53,643 bases of DNA from a virus (Duplodnaviria > Caudoviricetes), in IMG/VR virus record IMGVR_UViG_3300049477_000020, positions 1 through 53,643 of that record. One strand, written 5' to 3'. How positions within the stretch are numbered: position 1 is the stretch's first letter; each line of letters opens with the position of its first letter. Made by a program: the position numbers and the translations under genes. The notes under the pieces are model-generated. The model was given only the letters and a program-made list of their open reading frames with translations, was not told the DNA's origin and made no database searches. Shown one piece after another: positions 29,746 through 38,279 of this stretch.

Positions 29746-30216
29746 CTACACCCATTCTGCTGACTGTTCTGCCTCAACCTCTCCCGTGGTCACGGGAGGA
29801 GCCTCTTCCTCGGTAGTGTCGTCTTCGATCACTGCGATGCCCGAGTCCCTCATCATCTCCTGCATCTTGGTGAACTCATCGAGGCCGTCTGACCCTGGGC
29901 TCTGCCACCTGACGCCCGAGTAGTCGTACTCGACATCTGATCCTCCAGATGCTGCCTCTTCCTCCTCCGGGTCTCCGTCGGGGTAGAACTCCGGGAAGAG
30001 CACCGCAGGCTTGTATCGGCCACTGCCGACCAGTGAGCCGTAGAACAGGTCACGACGCGCCTTGCGACCTCCCACCATGTCGAGGTGCTCCAGTATCTGA
30101 AGCCCTAGGTTCTGTACCGCTGAGACTCCTTGCCCTCGTAGTAGTCCTTGACGCTCGGCTAGACGGATGTGGCGTTCAAGCCACGGGCTCGCTCCGCCTA
30201 GCCAGATGCATTTCCC
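29746..30216 (-). CDS. Tail assembly chaperone, frameshift extension (gpT-like)
   Basis: The frame is open from the slippery site at 30216 through MVGGRK (30078) to the stop at 29746. Confidence 0.7.
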   Translation of the reverse strand, partial: GKCIWLGGASPWLERHIRLAERQGLLRGQGVSAVQNLGLQILEHLDMVGGRKARRDLFYGSLVGSGRYKPAVLFPEFYPDGDPEEEEAASGGSDVEYDYSGVRWQSPGSDGLDEFTKMQEMMRDSGIAVIEDDTTEEEAPPVTTGEVEAEQSAEWV

Positions 30217-30728
30217 ATGGCCTCGATGACCTCGCCAGCGGTCTTCTCCAGTTCCAGGTACTCGGAGTAGACCTTGTCGATGGTGTAGACGAACCAGCGG
30301 CCCTTGACGAAGTTGAACTTCTGGAAGGCCCAGGCGTAGTCGGTGCTGGCGGACTGGACGGGTGTCGGCAGAGCCTCATCATCGACAGACATAGTGGCGA
30401 GAGCGACCATGGCGGTGGAGTAGGCACGAGCGTGTCCGATGGTGTCTTCCCACTGCTTGATGAGCATGGGAACAGCGAGCAGTTCGTCGGTGGTCAGGGT
30501 ACGGATCACGAACTTGTGACCCAGCCACTCGAACTGCTTGGTGAGGGCCCCTAGGTAGAGCAGGCCCTTGAACGGCTCGACGTATCGAGGATCGAAGAGG
30601 ACTGGATCGAGTTCTGGCTCCGCGACCCCCTCTACCGGCTCTGGGGTCTCCTCATCGTCCTCAGGCAAGAGGACGATCTCTTCAGGGTCGTAGGAGCCAT
30701 ACTCCTCGCCCTCCATCGTGTCAGGCAT
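30198..30728 (-). CDS. Tail assembly chaperone (gpG-like)
   Basis: Lies between tube and tape measure; FVIRTLTTDE..IDKVYSEYLELE. Confidence 0.75.
   Translation of the reverse strand: MPDTMEGEEYGSYDPEEIVLLPEDDEETPEPVEGVAEPELDPVLFDPRYVEPFKGLLYLGALTKQFEWLGHKFVIRTLTTDELLAVPMLIKQWEDTIGHARAYSTAMVALATMSVDDEALPTPVQSASTDYAWAFQKFNFVKGRWFVYTIDKVYSEYLELEKTAGEVIEAMGNASG
30210..30216 (-). other. Programmed -1 frameshift site G GGA AAT
   Basis: X XXY YYZ heptamer three codons before the chaperone stop; the -1 frame continues into the downstream ORF. Confidence 0.75.
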
Positions 30729-30768
30729 TTGCAGCCTTCCCTTCTTGGGGGCGCAGGGGCCTCCAGGC

Positions 30769-31272
30769 TTAGTTCAACTTCTTCGAGTGGGTGTACGCCA
30801 CGGTGATGCCCTTCGTGACTGCAAGGGCTCCCACAGTGATGGTATCGCCATCGTTGATGTCCACGATGGTGCAGTTCAGATACGTCTTCCCACGCCACTT
30901 GCGAGGCTGGTTCTCCGTACCTGGGGGCTTGATGATCGTCTGGCAGGTGACGTAGGACGGGTCGTTGGCCAAGACGCGGAAGATGTCCACGATGTTCTGG
31001 GTGCCTGCGAGGCCAGCCAGTTGGTTCCAGACCGGAGCGTTCCAGAGTTCGCGGATCGTCAGCATGAGCGTGGCGCCCTGGAGCACGCGGCTCGTGGCGA
31101 TCTCCACCGGGTGGGAGTACCCCAGCGGGTGGATGAACTGGTACGGCTGTCCGAGGTCGGAGAAGGCACGCTGGCCTGAGTCCTCGACACCCTCCGCGAA
31201 CGCGATGGGCTTGCCTCGATAGTTGAAGGTAGTGAAGCCGGAGCCTACTACCCTAACGCGAGTTTGGGGCAT
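30769..31272 (-). CDS. Tail tube protein
   Basis: 167-aa beta-rich protein immediately after the sheath gene. Confidence 0.75.
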   Translation of the reverse strand: MPQTRVRVVGSGFTTFNYRGKPIAFAEGVEDSGQRAFSDLGQPYQFIHPLGYSHPVEIATSRVLQGATLMLTIRELWNAPVWNQLAGLAGTQNIVDIFRVLANDPSYVTCQTIIKPPGTENQPRKWRGKTYLNCTIVDINDGDTITVGALAVTKGITVAYTHSKKLN

Positions 31273-31297
31273 CTCAGTTCAACCTTTCCCTGGGTCC

Positions 31298-32869
31298 TTA
31301 GACCGTTGCGCCTTCGCTACCAGATCCGAGCGTGTCGTCCTGGAAGTCGAGGAGTCCAGTCTGCAAGTCGATCTGGAACTGGACAGTGATGTAGTTCAAC
31401 GGCACGGCTGGCTTGTACGAGAACTTGCACTCGATGACCGTCGGGTCGCCTCCCGGCAGCGACTGCTGACGGACCTGAAGACCATCCCAGGAGACGATGA
31501 CATCGTCCTGAATGGCCTGCTCCAGGATGCCCACGAGAGAGCCCTTGACGCGGCTCGGCATCTCCTCGTCGATGGGCTCACCGATGAGGCCTGAGTTGTC
31601 CATGCCGAACTGGACCGACTGGTAGAGCGTGTCCGCGATGCGGACCAGGCTGATCTCACGGGTGTCAATCGAGGACATGTCGGTGGTGACGCCGTGTCGA
31701 ACGCTGAGGCGCTGGAGGCGGTCAGTCTCGACTACCGTGACTCCAGACCCAGACAGGGTGTCCTTGAACAACTTGGTCATGGCCTGGAAGATCACCGAGG
31801 GCAGCGACACGAAGGACGAGACGATGGAGCGCGTCAGGCCTCGCTCCACAGACTGTCCAGCCAGAATCCCCGTCAGGGCCGCAGCGAGGTAGTATCCGCT
31901 GGCCTCGATGGTCTCGTTCGCCGTGGAGTTGTAGAGGTTGATCTTGGGTGGGTACACCAGGACGATCCGCTTGCTGGCTGCGTTGACCGCCAGGGTGTCG
32001 AACCCGCCTGTGGTCTGGTCATAGGCCGCGTCGAGACCAATGAAGGCGATGCGCCCAAAGCCATCAGCAGTGGCCGCGTTGACGTGGGACAGCACATCGG
32101 TGATGAGGGCTCCGACTGCGGTGGCATCGTTGGTGTCAGAGGTGGAGTCTCCGCCGCCGTCATCCGTGGTGTAGCCGTGCACGAACAGCGGGACGATCAT
32201 GCCAGCCCGGTAGTCGGTGACCACCTTGGCGTAGGCAGCGATCAACTGATCCTTGTAGTCGCCATCGGCAGGGTCGGTGGGGAGCACCATGAGCCGTCCG
32301 GCGCCATTCTCGAAGGCCACCTTGGCCGCGAGCGAGATGGGGGAGTTGACGGCTGAGGAGGTGGAGACGAAGGGCTCGCCGTAGACGTTGGCGATGCCGT
32401 CGAACTCTTCGTACACCAGCGGTGTGTAGTAGGCCGAGTCGGCGTAGTTGTAGGAGACCGTGAAGGTGCCCCCGTCAACCACACCTCCAGGGGAGGCGAC
32501 AGCGACGTTGGTCTGGTCAACGTCGTCAGCAAGACGGGTGATGAAGACCTGAGCGGTGGCACCGGTGCCTGAGACAGAGAACTGGTAGTCGTCCCCGCGT
32601 ACGAGGAGGGTGCCAGCGGCATCGCGCACCACTGGCTCTGCGATGGCTGGGGGGCCTACGACCGGGTCCTTGAAGGCACCGAGATGTCCGAATGGGACGG
32701 CAGAAGCAGGCGTCGAATAGGCGAGGAGTACCTCGGTGACCTGCTGGTAGCCGCGACCTGGGCCGATGAGCACCGCGAGGCTACCGACCTGCTGTGCCGA
32801 GGTGACCAGCGGACGGCTGGTGTCCTCGACATAGACACCCGGTGCCTGGTACTGCGTGAAATCAACCAC
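31298..32869 (-). CDS. Tail sheath protein
   Basis: N-terminal YQAPGVYVE, GVTT..TREISLVRIAD, C-terminal YKPAVPLNYITV. Confidence 0.9.
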   Translation of the reverse strand: MVDFTQYQAPGVYVEDTSRPLVTSAQQVGSLAVLIGPGRGYQQVTEVLLAYSTPASAVPFGHLGAFKDPVVGPPAIAEPVVRDAAGTLLVRGDDYQFSVSGTGATAQVFITRLADDVDQTNVAVASPGGVVDGGTFTVSYNYADSAYYTPLVYEEFDGIANVYGEPFVSTSSAVNSPISLAAKVAFENGAGRLMVLPTDPADGDYKDQLIAAYAKVVTDYRAGMIVPLFVHGYTTDDGGGDSTSDTNDATAVGALITDVLSHVNAATADGFGRIAFIGLDAAYDQTTGGFDTLAVNAASKRIVLVYPPKINLYNSTANETIEASGYYLAAALTGILAGQSVERGLTRSIVSSFVSLPSVIFQAMTKLFKDTLSGSGVTVVETDRLQRLSVRHGVTTDMSSIDTREISLVRIADTLYQSVQFGMDNSGLIGEPIDEEMPSRVKGSLVGILEQAIQDDVIVSWDGLQVRQQSLPGGDPTVIECKFSYKPAVPLNYITVQFQIDLQTGLLDFQDDTLGSGSEGATV

Positions 32870-32895
32870 TTTGGCTCCCCTGCTGAAGGCTCTGT

Positions 32896-32931
32896 CACCC
32901 CTTCAGGGGGCTCAGAGTGGGGTGGACAGGA
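32896..32931 (-). promoter_or_regulatory. Conserved bipartite late-gene motif
   Basis: TCCTGT-N12-GAGCCCCCTGAAGGGGTG upstream of the sheath gene. Confidence 0.75.
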
Positions 32932-32938
32932 CGTGAGG

Positions 32939-33592
32939 CTAATGCCAGTTCGTAGCGCTGTAGTCCTCGCTGGATACTGGCTCTTCGTAGTCATTGGGAG
33001 GGTAGACCGCCTTGGCCTCTGTGAGGATGATCGCAGACAGTGGCACCAGTTGCCCGGTGATGGCGTCTGAGATGAACTCCCCGATGACTTCCATGTTGAG
33101 TGTTCTCTCGTAGATTATCTCGTCAGTACCCCATGGGGTACCTGGGGCAGCAGCGTTCCCTCGGGGCTGGATCCGGTCGAAGTCGAAGTTGGCCGCGATG
33201 AAGTCGTTGTTCTCGACCAGTTGCCGGAAGGGCCGGGTCTCGGTGGATTCCTTGCCGAAGGCGATCACCCGGATCATCTCGTCGAAGAGCCGGTCCCGCT
33301 CCAGGCTGGTCAGTGCCACCACGGTGTAGGAGGCGTACCCAGCGTACTTCCACCGGGTGTAGCGGTTGACGGCCAGGTCGGTGTCTGGATCCGAGTTCTC
33401 GGTATGGTCGATCCCTGCGATCTGGAGAGGTCCAGTGTCCTCGTAGTCCACCCAGATGCCTGGGTAGTTCTGGGGCTCGATGGGGTACTCGATGGAGCAG
33501 TGGATGTTGCGAAAGTCAGGCTCGGGGTAGTCAGCGTCGAAGGTGCCCTTCAGAGACTCGACCAGCATCCCCTTCAGCCTAGTGAGGTACAT
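32939..33592 (-). CDS. Tail terminator/completion protein (putative)
   Basis: Position upstream of the sheath; YPGIWV..ALTSLERDRL pattern. Confidence 0.6.
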   Translation of the reverse strand: MYLTRLKGMLVESLKGTFDADYPEPDFRNIHCSIEYPIEPQNYPGIWVDYEDTGPLQIAGIDHTENSDPDTDLAVNRYTRWKYAGYASYTVVALTSLERDRLFDEMIRVIAFGKESTETRPFRQLVENNDFIAANFDFDRIQPRGNAAAPGTPWGTDEIIYERTLNMEVIGEFISDAITGQLVPLSAIILTEAKAVYPPNDYEEPVSSEDYSATNWH

Positions 33593-34002
33593 CAGTTCGC
33601 CTCGTCCAGGTTGGTGTGGATGAGAGGCGTCTTGCGGCCCTCCAGGGTGTCAGCGATCAGCCGGTGGTGGCCGTCCAGGATGTGGGTCTTCCCCTTGTGG
33701 GTGAAGATGTGGGGCAGGAACTTCTTGGGCGGGGTCTTCTGACGATAGGAGGCCAGGGTGTCGTCGTCGATGTTCGGCTCCATGGCGTGCAAGTTGGCCT
33801 TGCCGCCGTCGATGACCTGGAACTTGCCCTTGGTGGTCCTCAGTTCCTCAGCCCGGTCCATGGCGTCGAAGTGGTCCTGGTCAAAGTTCGGACACGAGGC
33901 GTAGCCGCAGGGGCTCTCCTGGAAGCCAGCCTTGATGGCCCAGTGGTTCAGGCCGTGCTGGGTGTGGTACTCATGCATCGCGGTCTTCCAAAGGAGGCTC
34001 AC
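33592..34002 (-). CDS. ParB/Srx-fold protein, MSLLWK family
   Basis: MSLLWKTA start; HILDGHHRL motif. Confidence 0.75.
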   Translation of the reverse strand: MSLLWKTAMHEYHTQHGLNHWAIKAGFQESPCGYASCPNFDQDHFDAMDRAEELRTTKGKFQVIDGGKANLHAMEPNIDDDTLASYRQKTPPKKFLPHIFTHKGKTHILDGHHRLIADTLEGRKTPLIHTNLDEAN

Positions 34003-34715
34003 TGTGCCCCAGCCTCCTTCAGTTCGGCCCGGAAGTTCTTGTCAGCCGCGTAGACGCGGATTGGCAGGATGCCATTCCACTGAGCGGTCAAAGTGAGTGC
34101 GTTGTTCAGGAACAGCCTAGGCGAGATCCCTGGGTGTCTCCAGCGCACCCCAGAGTTGCCTGGTCGGATTGCGCCCGCGACCTTGCCTGCGGTGGTGAAG
34201 GGACTCCCAGCCTCACGGTTGCCTATGCGCCCCGGAGCACCTGGGTAGGAGGCTGGCTTGTCCTCGTAGGTGACCACCCCGGTCTTCTTGTCCACCTTCT
34301 TCTTCTGGATGCGAGCCCCCATCTGGGCGGCCTTACGGAAGATCAGCACCTGGGTCTTGCCGGACTGGGTGGTCCTGACCTTGGCCTTGGGGTTCTTGGC
34401 TCGCTCGGCACCGGTGGGGTCGTCGATCCACATGGGGATGGTCTTGCCCGCCAGCCCCTTCATGGTGAAGGGCCGGATGCCATGGTCCTGGAACCAGACG
34501 TAGGAGTCGGGGAAGTAGATCCCGAAGAAGCCCTTGCCGTAGACCGGCTGGAGCCTGCGGGCCGAGTCGCCGGTGGCCTTGGGCATCTTGCGCCGGGCCT
34601 CGCGGACAGCCTGGTTGGCCAGCGTCCTGGCGCGTCCAGGGTTGAGGCCCTTGACCACCATCACCATGCGGTCGGGGTTCTGGGAGAGGCGCATCTCCGG
34701 CGTTTCAAGAAGCAT
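33999..34715 (-). CDS. Basic neck/tail-completion protein (putative)
   Basis: MPKATG..YVWFQDHGIRP..HPGISPRLFL resembles phage virion morphogenesis/neck proteins. Start 34715 or 34733. Confidence 0.55.
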   Translation of the reverse strand: MLLETPEMRLSQNPDRMVMVVKGLNPGRARTLANQAVREARRKMPKATGDSARRLQPVYGKGFFGIYFPDSYVWFQDHGIRPFTMKGLAGKTIPMWIDDPTGAERAKNPKAKVRTTQSGKTQVLIFRKAAQMGARIQKKKVDKKTGVVTYEDKPASYPGAPGRIGNREAGSPFTTAGKVAGAIRPGNSGVRWRHPGISPRLFLNNALTLTAQWNGILPIRVYAADKNFRAELKEAGAQ

Positions 34716-35085
34716 CGCTGTCGCCCCTGCCATCCCAAACCAGCACCTTGACTTTGCGGTCGCCCCACCCGAGTCGGTGCATCGCCTCGATGCGGTGATT
34801 ACCGTTCATCACGAAGGATGAGTGGGGCTCGTGCACCACATGGATGTGGGTGATGTGGTCGGGCTGAAAGTGGCCTGCTGGATTGCCGTAGTGCTTCTCG
34901 GGACGGTACCCACGGTTGGTGAGAGACCCCATCAGGTCCCGGACGTTCCGCTCCGTGTTGAGGTGATCCTTGCCTCCGTCCATGTCGGAGCCCCTCACCT
35001 CAGAGATCGCGTGTAGGTCGTTGACGCTCATGCGGTCGAAGTGTTTGTCGTACCTGGACGTTGCGGTCTTCCAGAGGAGGCTCAT
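34705..35085 (-). CDS. ParB/Srx-fold protein, MSLLWK family
   Basis: True start MSLLWKTA at 35085 (ATGA overlap); FVMNGNHRIEAMHRLG motif. Confidence 0.75.
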   Translation of the reverse strand: MSLLWKTATSRYDKHFDRMSVNDLHAISEVRGSDMDGGKDHLNTERNVRDLMGSLTNRGYRPEKHYGNPAGHFQPDHITHIHVVHEPHSSFVMNGNHRIEAMHRLGWGDRKVKVLVWDGRGDSDAS

Positions 35086-35600
35086 GGCTTCAACCCCTCG
35101 AAGTGGTGGGGGTGGATCGCCGGGGGGATGTAGCGCTCGCCCATGCCGCCCTTGAAGTGGGTGGTCATGCTCAGCGGGGCGCCTGTGCCCTCGGACTTGT
35201 TGTCCTCCAGGTCGGCTCGGCCATAGACCCTCACGGGGACGTGACTGAGACCCATCTCTGACGCAGCGCGGAGCCGGTGGTTCCCTTCCCCGAGGCTGCC
35301 CCACTGGTTCTTGTGGTCGTAGTCCAGCATCAGCGGAGTCTTGATCCCCGAGCCGTTGCGGATGTCGTCCTTGATGGACTCGATGCGACGGCGCTCAGCG
35401 TCATGGGCGAGCCCCTCGCCACCGTAGGTCTTCTCCCAGGTGCCGTCGTGCTCGCGGTACTTCTCCAGGGCCTTGACGGGCACCATGCCGACCACCGAGC
35501 GGCTGTCGTCGCCTTCTAGGTGGCCGATGCCACCGGACATGTAGTGCTCGACCGAGTCGGGGACCTCGGGGGTCGAGGCGACCTTCCAGAGGAGGCTCAT
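35082..35600 (-). CDS. ParB/Srx-fold protein, MSLLWK family
   Basis: MSLLWKVA; SIKDDIRNGSGIKTPLML..LGEGNHRLRAASEMGLSHVPV. Confidence 0.8.
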   Translation of the reverse strand: MSLLWKVASTPEVPDSVEHYMSGGIGHLEGDDSRSVVGMVPVKALEKYREHDGTWEKTYGGEGLAHDAERRRIESIKDDIRNGSGIKTPLMLDYDHKNQWGSLGEGNHRLRAASEMGLSHVPVRVYGRADLEDNKSEGTGAPLSMTTHFKGGMGERYIPPAIHPHHFEGLKP

Positions 35601-36349
35601 CAGTCGTCCCTAGGCGGGAAGCCGTGCTTGTCGGCGTCGTAGTGCCAACCCTCGATGTGCTTGTCCCCGCGCTGGAGAGCAGCAGCGACCCGGTGGTGTC
35701 CCTCTGTGACGTGCAGGCGCCCCTGGTGGGTGACGAACATCGGGTGGGAGTCCCCGAGATAGCCCATGGAGTTCTGGAGCGGCTTCAGGTGGCCTGGCGT
35801 CTTCTGACGCTGCCAGGACTCGTCCTCGGGGTTGTCGAGGTAGCGGTTGATGTGCGTCTGGCCGACGTGGCTCTGGGTCGCGTAGACAGGCCCCTGGAGG
35901 TTGACCTTGCCGAGGCTGCCCTTGTTCTGCCAGGTCTTGCTCTCAGAGCCGTGCTCTCCCACGAACTCGTGGAGGTCGGGGTCACGGTGGTCGGGGGTGG
36001 ACTCAGCCTTCTTGGCCTCCATGGCATCACCGTAGGCCTTGTCGTGGCGCTCGTAGAAGGAGTCGGGGAGGTCACCGTACTTGTCCGCAGCAGCGTGTGC
36101 CTTCTCCTCCTCATTGGGTTCAGGCCGCGTGGCTTCGTGGAGGTCCTCATCGAACTCGTAGTGATCTTCCCCAGGCGGACGCGAGCCGACCCCTGCGTCG
36201 CGCATCTCCTGTTCGTAGTCCTCGGAGTGTCCGACGTATCCAGCGAACCCAGCCTGCTTGACCGGCTTGGCCTGGGCGTCCTGAGCACTCATGCCGGTGT
36301 CGCCACCGAAGTCGTGCCAGGCCATCGCCTGCTTCCAGAGGAGGCTCAT
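35600..36349 (-). CDS. ParB/Srx-fold protein, MSLLWK family
   Basis: True start MSLLWKQA at 36349 (TGATG overlap); PMFVTHQGRLHVTEGHHRVAAALQRG motif. Confidence 0.75.
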   Translation of the reverse strand: MSLLWKQAMAWHDFGGDTGMSAQDAQAKPVKQAGFAGYVGHSEDYEQEMRDAGVGSRPPGEDHYEFDEDLHEATRPEPNEEEKAHAAADKYGDLPDSFYERHDKAYGDAMEAKKAESTPDHRDPDLHEFVGEHGSESKTWQNKGSLGKVNLQGPVYATQSHVGQTHINRYLDNPEDESWQRQKTPGHLKPLQNSMGYLGDSHPMFVTHQGRLHVTEGHHRVAAALQRGDKHIEGWHYDADKHGFPPRDD

Positions 36350-37071
36350 CAGTCGTCGTCCGCAGGGATCAGTGCTTCCTTGATCTCCTCGTAGGCCGAG
36401 AAGTTGGTCGGCACGCGCTCGATCTCTTCGAGGATCACAGCGAGGCTCGACTCCGACGGAGGGATCAGGTAGGAGACGGTGCCCCTGTCTTCGAGCCCAG
36501 CCCGAGCGAGGTTGTAGTGGATCGAGTGAGTGGTCTGGAGTGGGGTCTCGAAGCCCGTGCGCAGCGTGGTGCGCGTGGGGGTACGAAGGTAGAAGCGGTC
36601 CCCGTTGGACCGGAACATGTAGTCGCCGGAGCGGAGCCGGAAGTCCGAGACGGTCTCCACGTCCAGTGACATCGAGTGGGTCACACCGCGAGCCTGGTTG
36701 GCGTCGTCCTTGTCGGAGTCGGTCAGGATGGCCGGGCGGATGATGCGGGCCTTGTAGCCGCCCTCGAAGGTGGTGCCAAAGCAGGTGGGGCACTTGTTCT
36801 GGGTCGGCTGGTTGTAGGCCGCTGTGACCCGGTCGTTGACGGTGGTGCCGTTCCCGTAGCACTCGGTGCAGCGGGTGATCCGGCCCTCTTCGAGGTCCTG
36901 GATGTGCCACATGAGGATGAACATGACGTACTCGCCGTACCAGTAGATGGCCTGGTTCTGGCGCAGCCGCTCGTTCTCGATGGCGAAGTCCTGGCGCTCC
37001 CGGACATAGAGACGCCGGTCAGGCAGTACGGGAGCCGGGCTCGGCACCGGTGCGGGGATCGGCAGAGGCAT
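36349..37071 (-). CDS. Head-closure/neck protein with CxxC..CxxC motif (putative)
   Basis: CTECYG ... CPTCFGTTFEGGY; preceded by the late motif. Confidence 0.6.
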   Translation of the reverse strand: MPLPIPAPVPSPAPVLPDRRLYVRERQDFAIENERLRQNQAIYWYGEYVMFILMWHIQDLEEGRITRCTECYGNGTTVNDRVTAAYNQPTQNKCPTCFGTTFEGGYKARIIRPAILTDSDKDDANQARGVTHSMSLDVETVSDFRLRSGDYMFRSNGDRFYLRTPTRTTLRTGFETPLQTTHSIHYNLARAGLEDRGTVSYLIPPSESSLAVILEEIERVPTNFSAYEEIKEALIPADDD

Positions 37072-37102
37072 TTATTTATCCCTCTCCGGGCAGTCGGTAT
37101 CC

Positions 37103-38263
37103 TCACCCCTTCAGGGGCGTCGCACCTGCTGCGACAGGAGGCCGGTAGACCGGGGCGTTCCAGCCGTCCGAGCCATCCCGCAAGGTACGGATCCTCCAGA
37201 GCCACTCAGCGAACTGGGGAGCCACTGCTTCGAGGGAGAACCGCTCCAGGGTGCGCTCACGGAGTTCGGGGCCTCGGAGGCCCAACTCCTGGATCATGCC
37301 GATCTGCTGAGCCGCCTGAGCCGGGGTCCGGTAGCGGAAGCCGTCCTCGAAGGGGGTGATGGTCTCGGTGAAGACCCCGTAGTCGGGAGCGACCACTGGG
37401 ACACCGGACGCCATGGCCTCGACGTGCACGGTGCCGAAGGGTTCGATGTAGAGGGTGGGGGTGATGAGCACGCTGGCGTGCGACATGATCTCAGCCCGCT
37501 TCACTGGGTTGGCCACCCCCTCATAGGCAGCGACGGGGTCGATGACCGTGCCGTCGGTGGCTGTAAGCACCCCGTCCTCGTAGGTCTTCATGCCAGCACC
37601 CATGGCCACCAGGCGCAGCCCTGCTCGCTTGGCGATGTCGGCAGCGACGTGTGGGCCCTTGCGCATGATGAGGCGACCAGCGAAGAGGGCGTACCCCTCG
37701 TCGGAGCCAGTCTTGAACTGCTCGCGCCGGACGAAGTTCGGGATCACCGCGTCGAAGGCTCGACCGTCGTTGACGCCGTAGGCACCGTACCGGTGGTGCA
37801 TCCAGGCGTAGGACTCGAAGCAGGCGAAGGTGCCGTGCGGGGCGATGCCCTCGTAGCCCACGGCGGGCTCGATGATGGCGTGGTCGTTCTTGAAGGTGTC
37901 GGTGACGTTCTGCATCAGGGCGCCCATCCAGATGGCGATGATGTCGCCGGGCTGGATGCGCTTCTTGATCTCGCGGACAGCGCGGTAGAGGAAGACGGCC
38001 CAGTAGTCCTTCTCGGTCGTCCACTCGATGTCGGGGAGGCGGGTACCTACGTCGGCCCCGAAGAACTTGATGCGCTCGTCATTGGAGAGGAGTTCGACGA
38101 CCTCGCAGTTGACGGTGTTGGGACCACCACCCCAGTAGGCCGTGACGGGCTCGTCCAGGAGCCCCATGATCTTCGTCCATCTGGCTGCCTTGGTGGTGAA
38201 GGCGCAGGTGGAGTAGAGGTCTTCGTTCAGGCTGGTGTGCGGGAGACCAACGAGATGAATCAT
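37103..38263 (-). CDS. GT4-family (GT-B) glycosyltransferase
   Basis: VIPNFV, LFAGRLIMRKG, PTLYIEPFGTVHVEAMASGVPV (E-x7-E). Start MIHLVG at 38263. Confidence 0.92.
   Translation of the reverse strand: MIHLVGLPHTSLNEDLYSTCAFTTKAARWTKIMGLLDEPVTAYWGGGPNTVNCEVVELLSNDERIKFFGADVGTRLPDIEWTTEKDYWAVFLYRAVREIKKRIQPGDIIAIWMGALMQNVTDTFKNDHAIIEPAVGYEGIAPHGTFACFESYAWMHHRYGAYGVNDGRAFDAVIPNFVRREQFKTGSDEGYALFAGRLIMRKGPHVAADIAKRAGLRLVAMGAGMKTYEDGVLTATDGTVIDPVAAYEGVANPVKRAEIMSHASVLITPTLYIEPFGTVHVEAMASGVPVVAPDYGVFTETITPFEDGFRYRTPAQAAQQIGMIQELGLRGPELRERTLERFSLEAVAPQFAEWLWRIRTLRDGSDGWNAPVYRPPVAAGATPLKG
37104..37139 (-). promoter_or_regulatory. Conserved bipartite late-gene motif
   Basis: TCCTGT-N12-GACGCCCCTGAAGGGGTG inside the last codons of the glycosyltransferase, upstream of 37071. 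Confidence 0.65.
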
Positions 38264-38270
38264 GTTGGCG

Positions 38271-38279
38271 ATGCTACCA
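38271..38279 (-). promoter_or_regulatory. Extended -10 for a leaderless glycosyltransferase transcript
   Basis: TGGTAGCAT lies 7 nt before the ATG with no RBS; it is identical to the -10 at 5199-5207. Confidence 0.45.

Noticed and set aside
12072-33592. Host-encoded contractile injection system (eCIS/tailocin) rather than phage
   Set aside because: It is contiguous with neck genes, ThyX, helicases, a nuclease and a holin in one compact phage-like layout, and no eCIS AAA+ ATPase is seen.
33592-36349. ParABS partition system
   Set aside because: There is no ParA, no HTH DNA-binding domain on the ParB-like proteins and no parS-like palindromes; the genes lie in the late operon.
35600-36910. 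436-aa ORF as listed, and likewise the 199-aa ORF 34705-35304
   Set aside because: The N-terminal extensions overlap other real genes out of frame; the true starts are the MSLLWK codons at 36349 and 35085.
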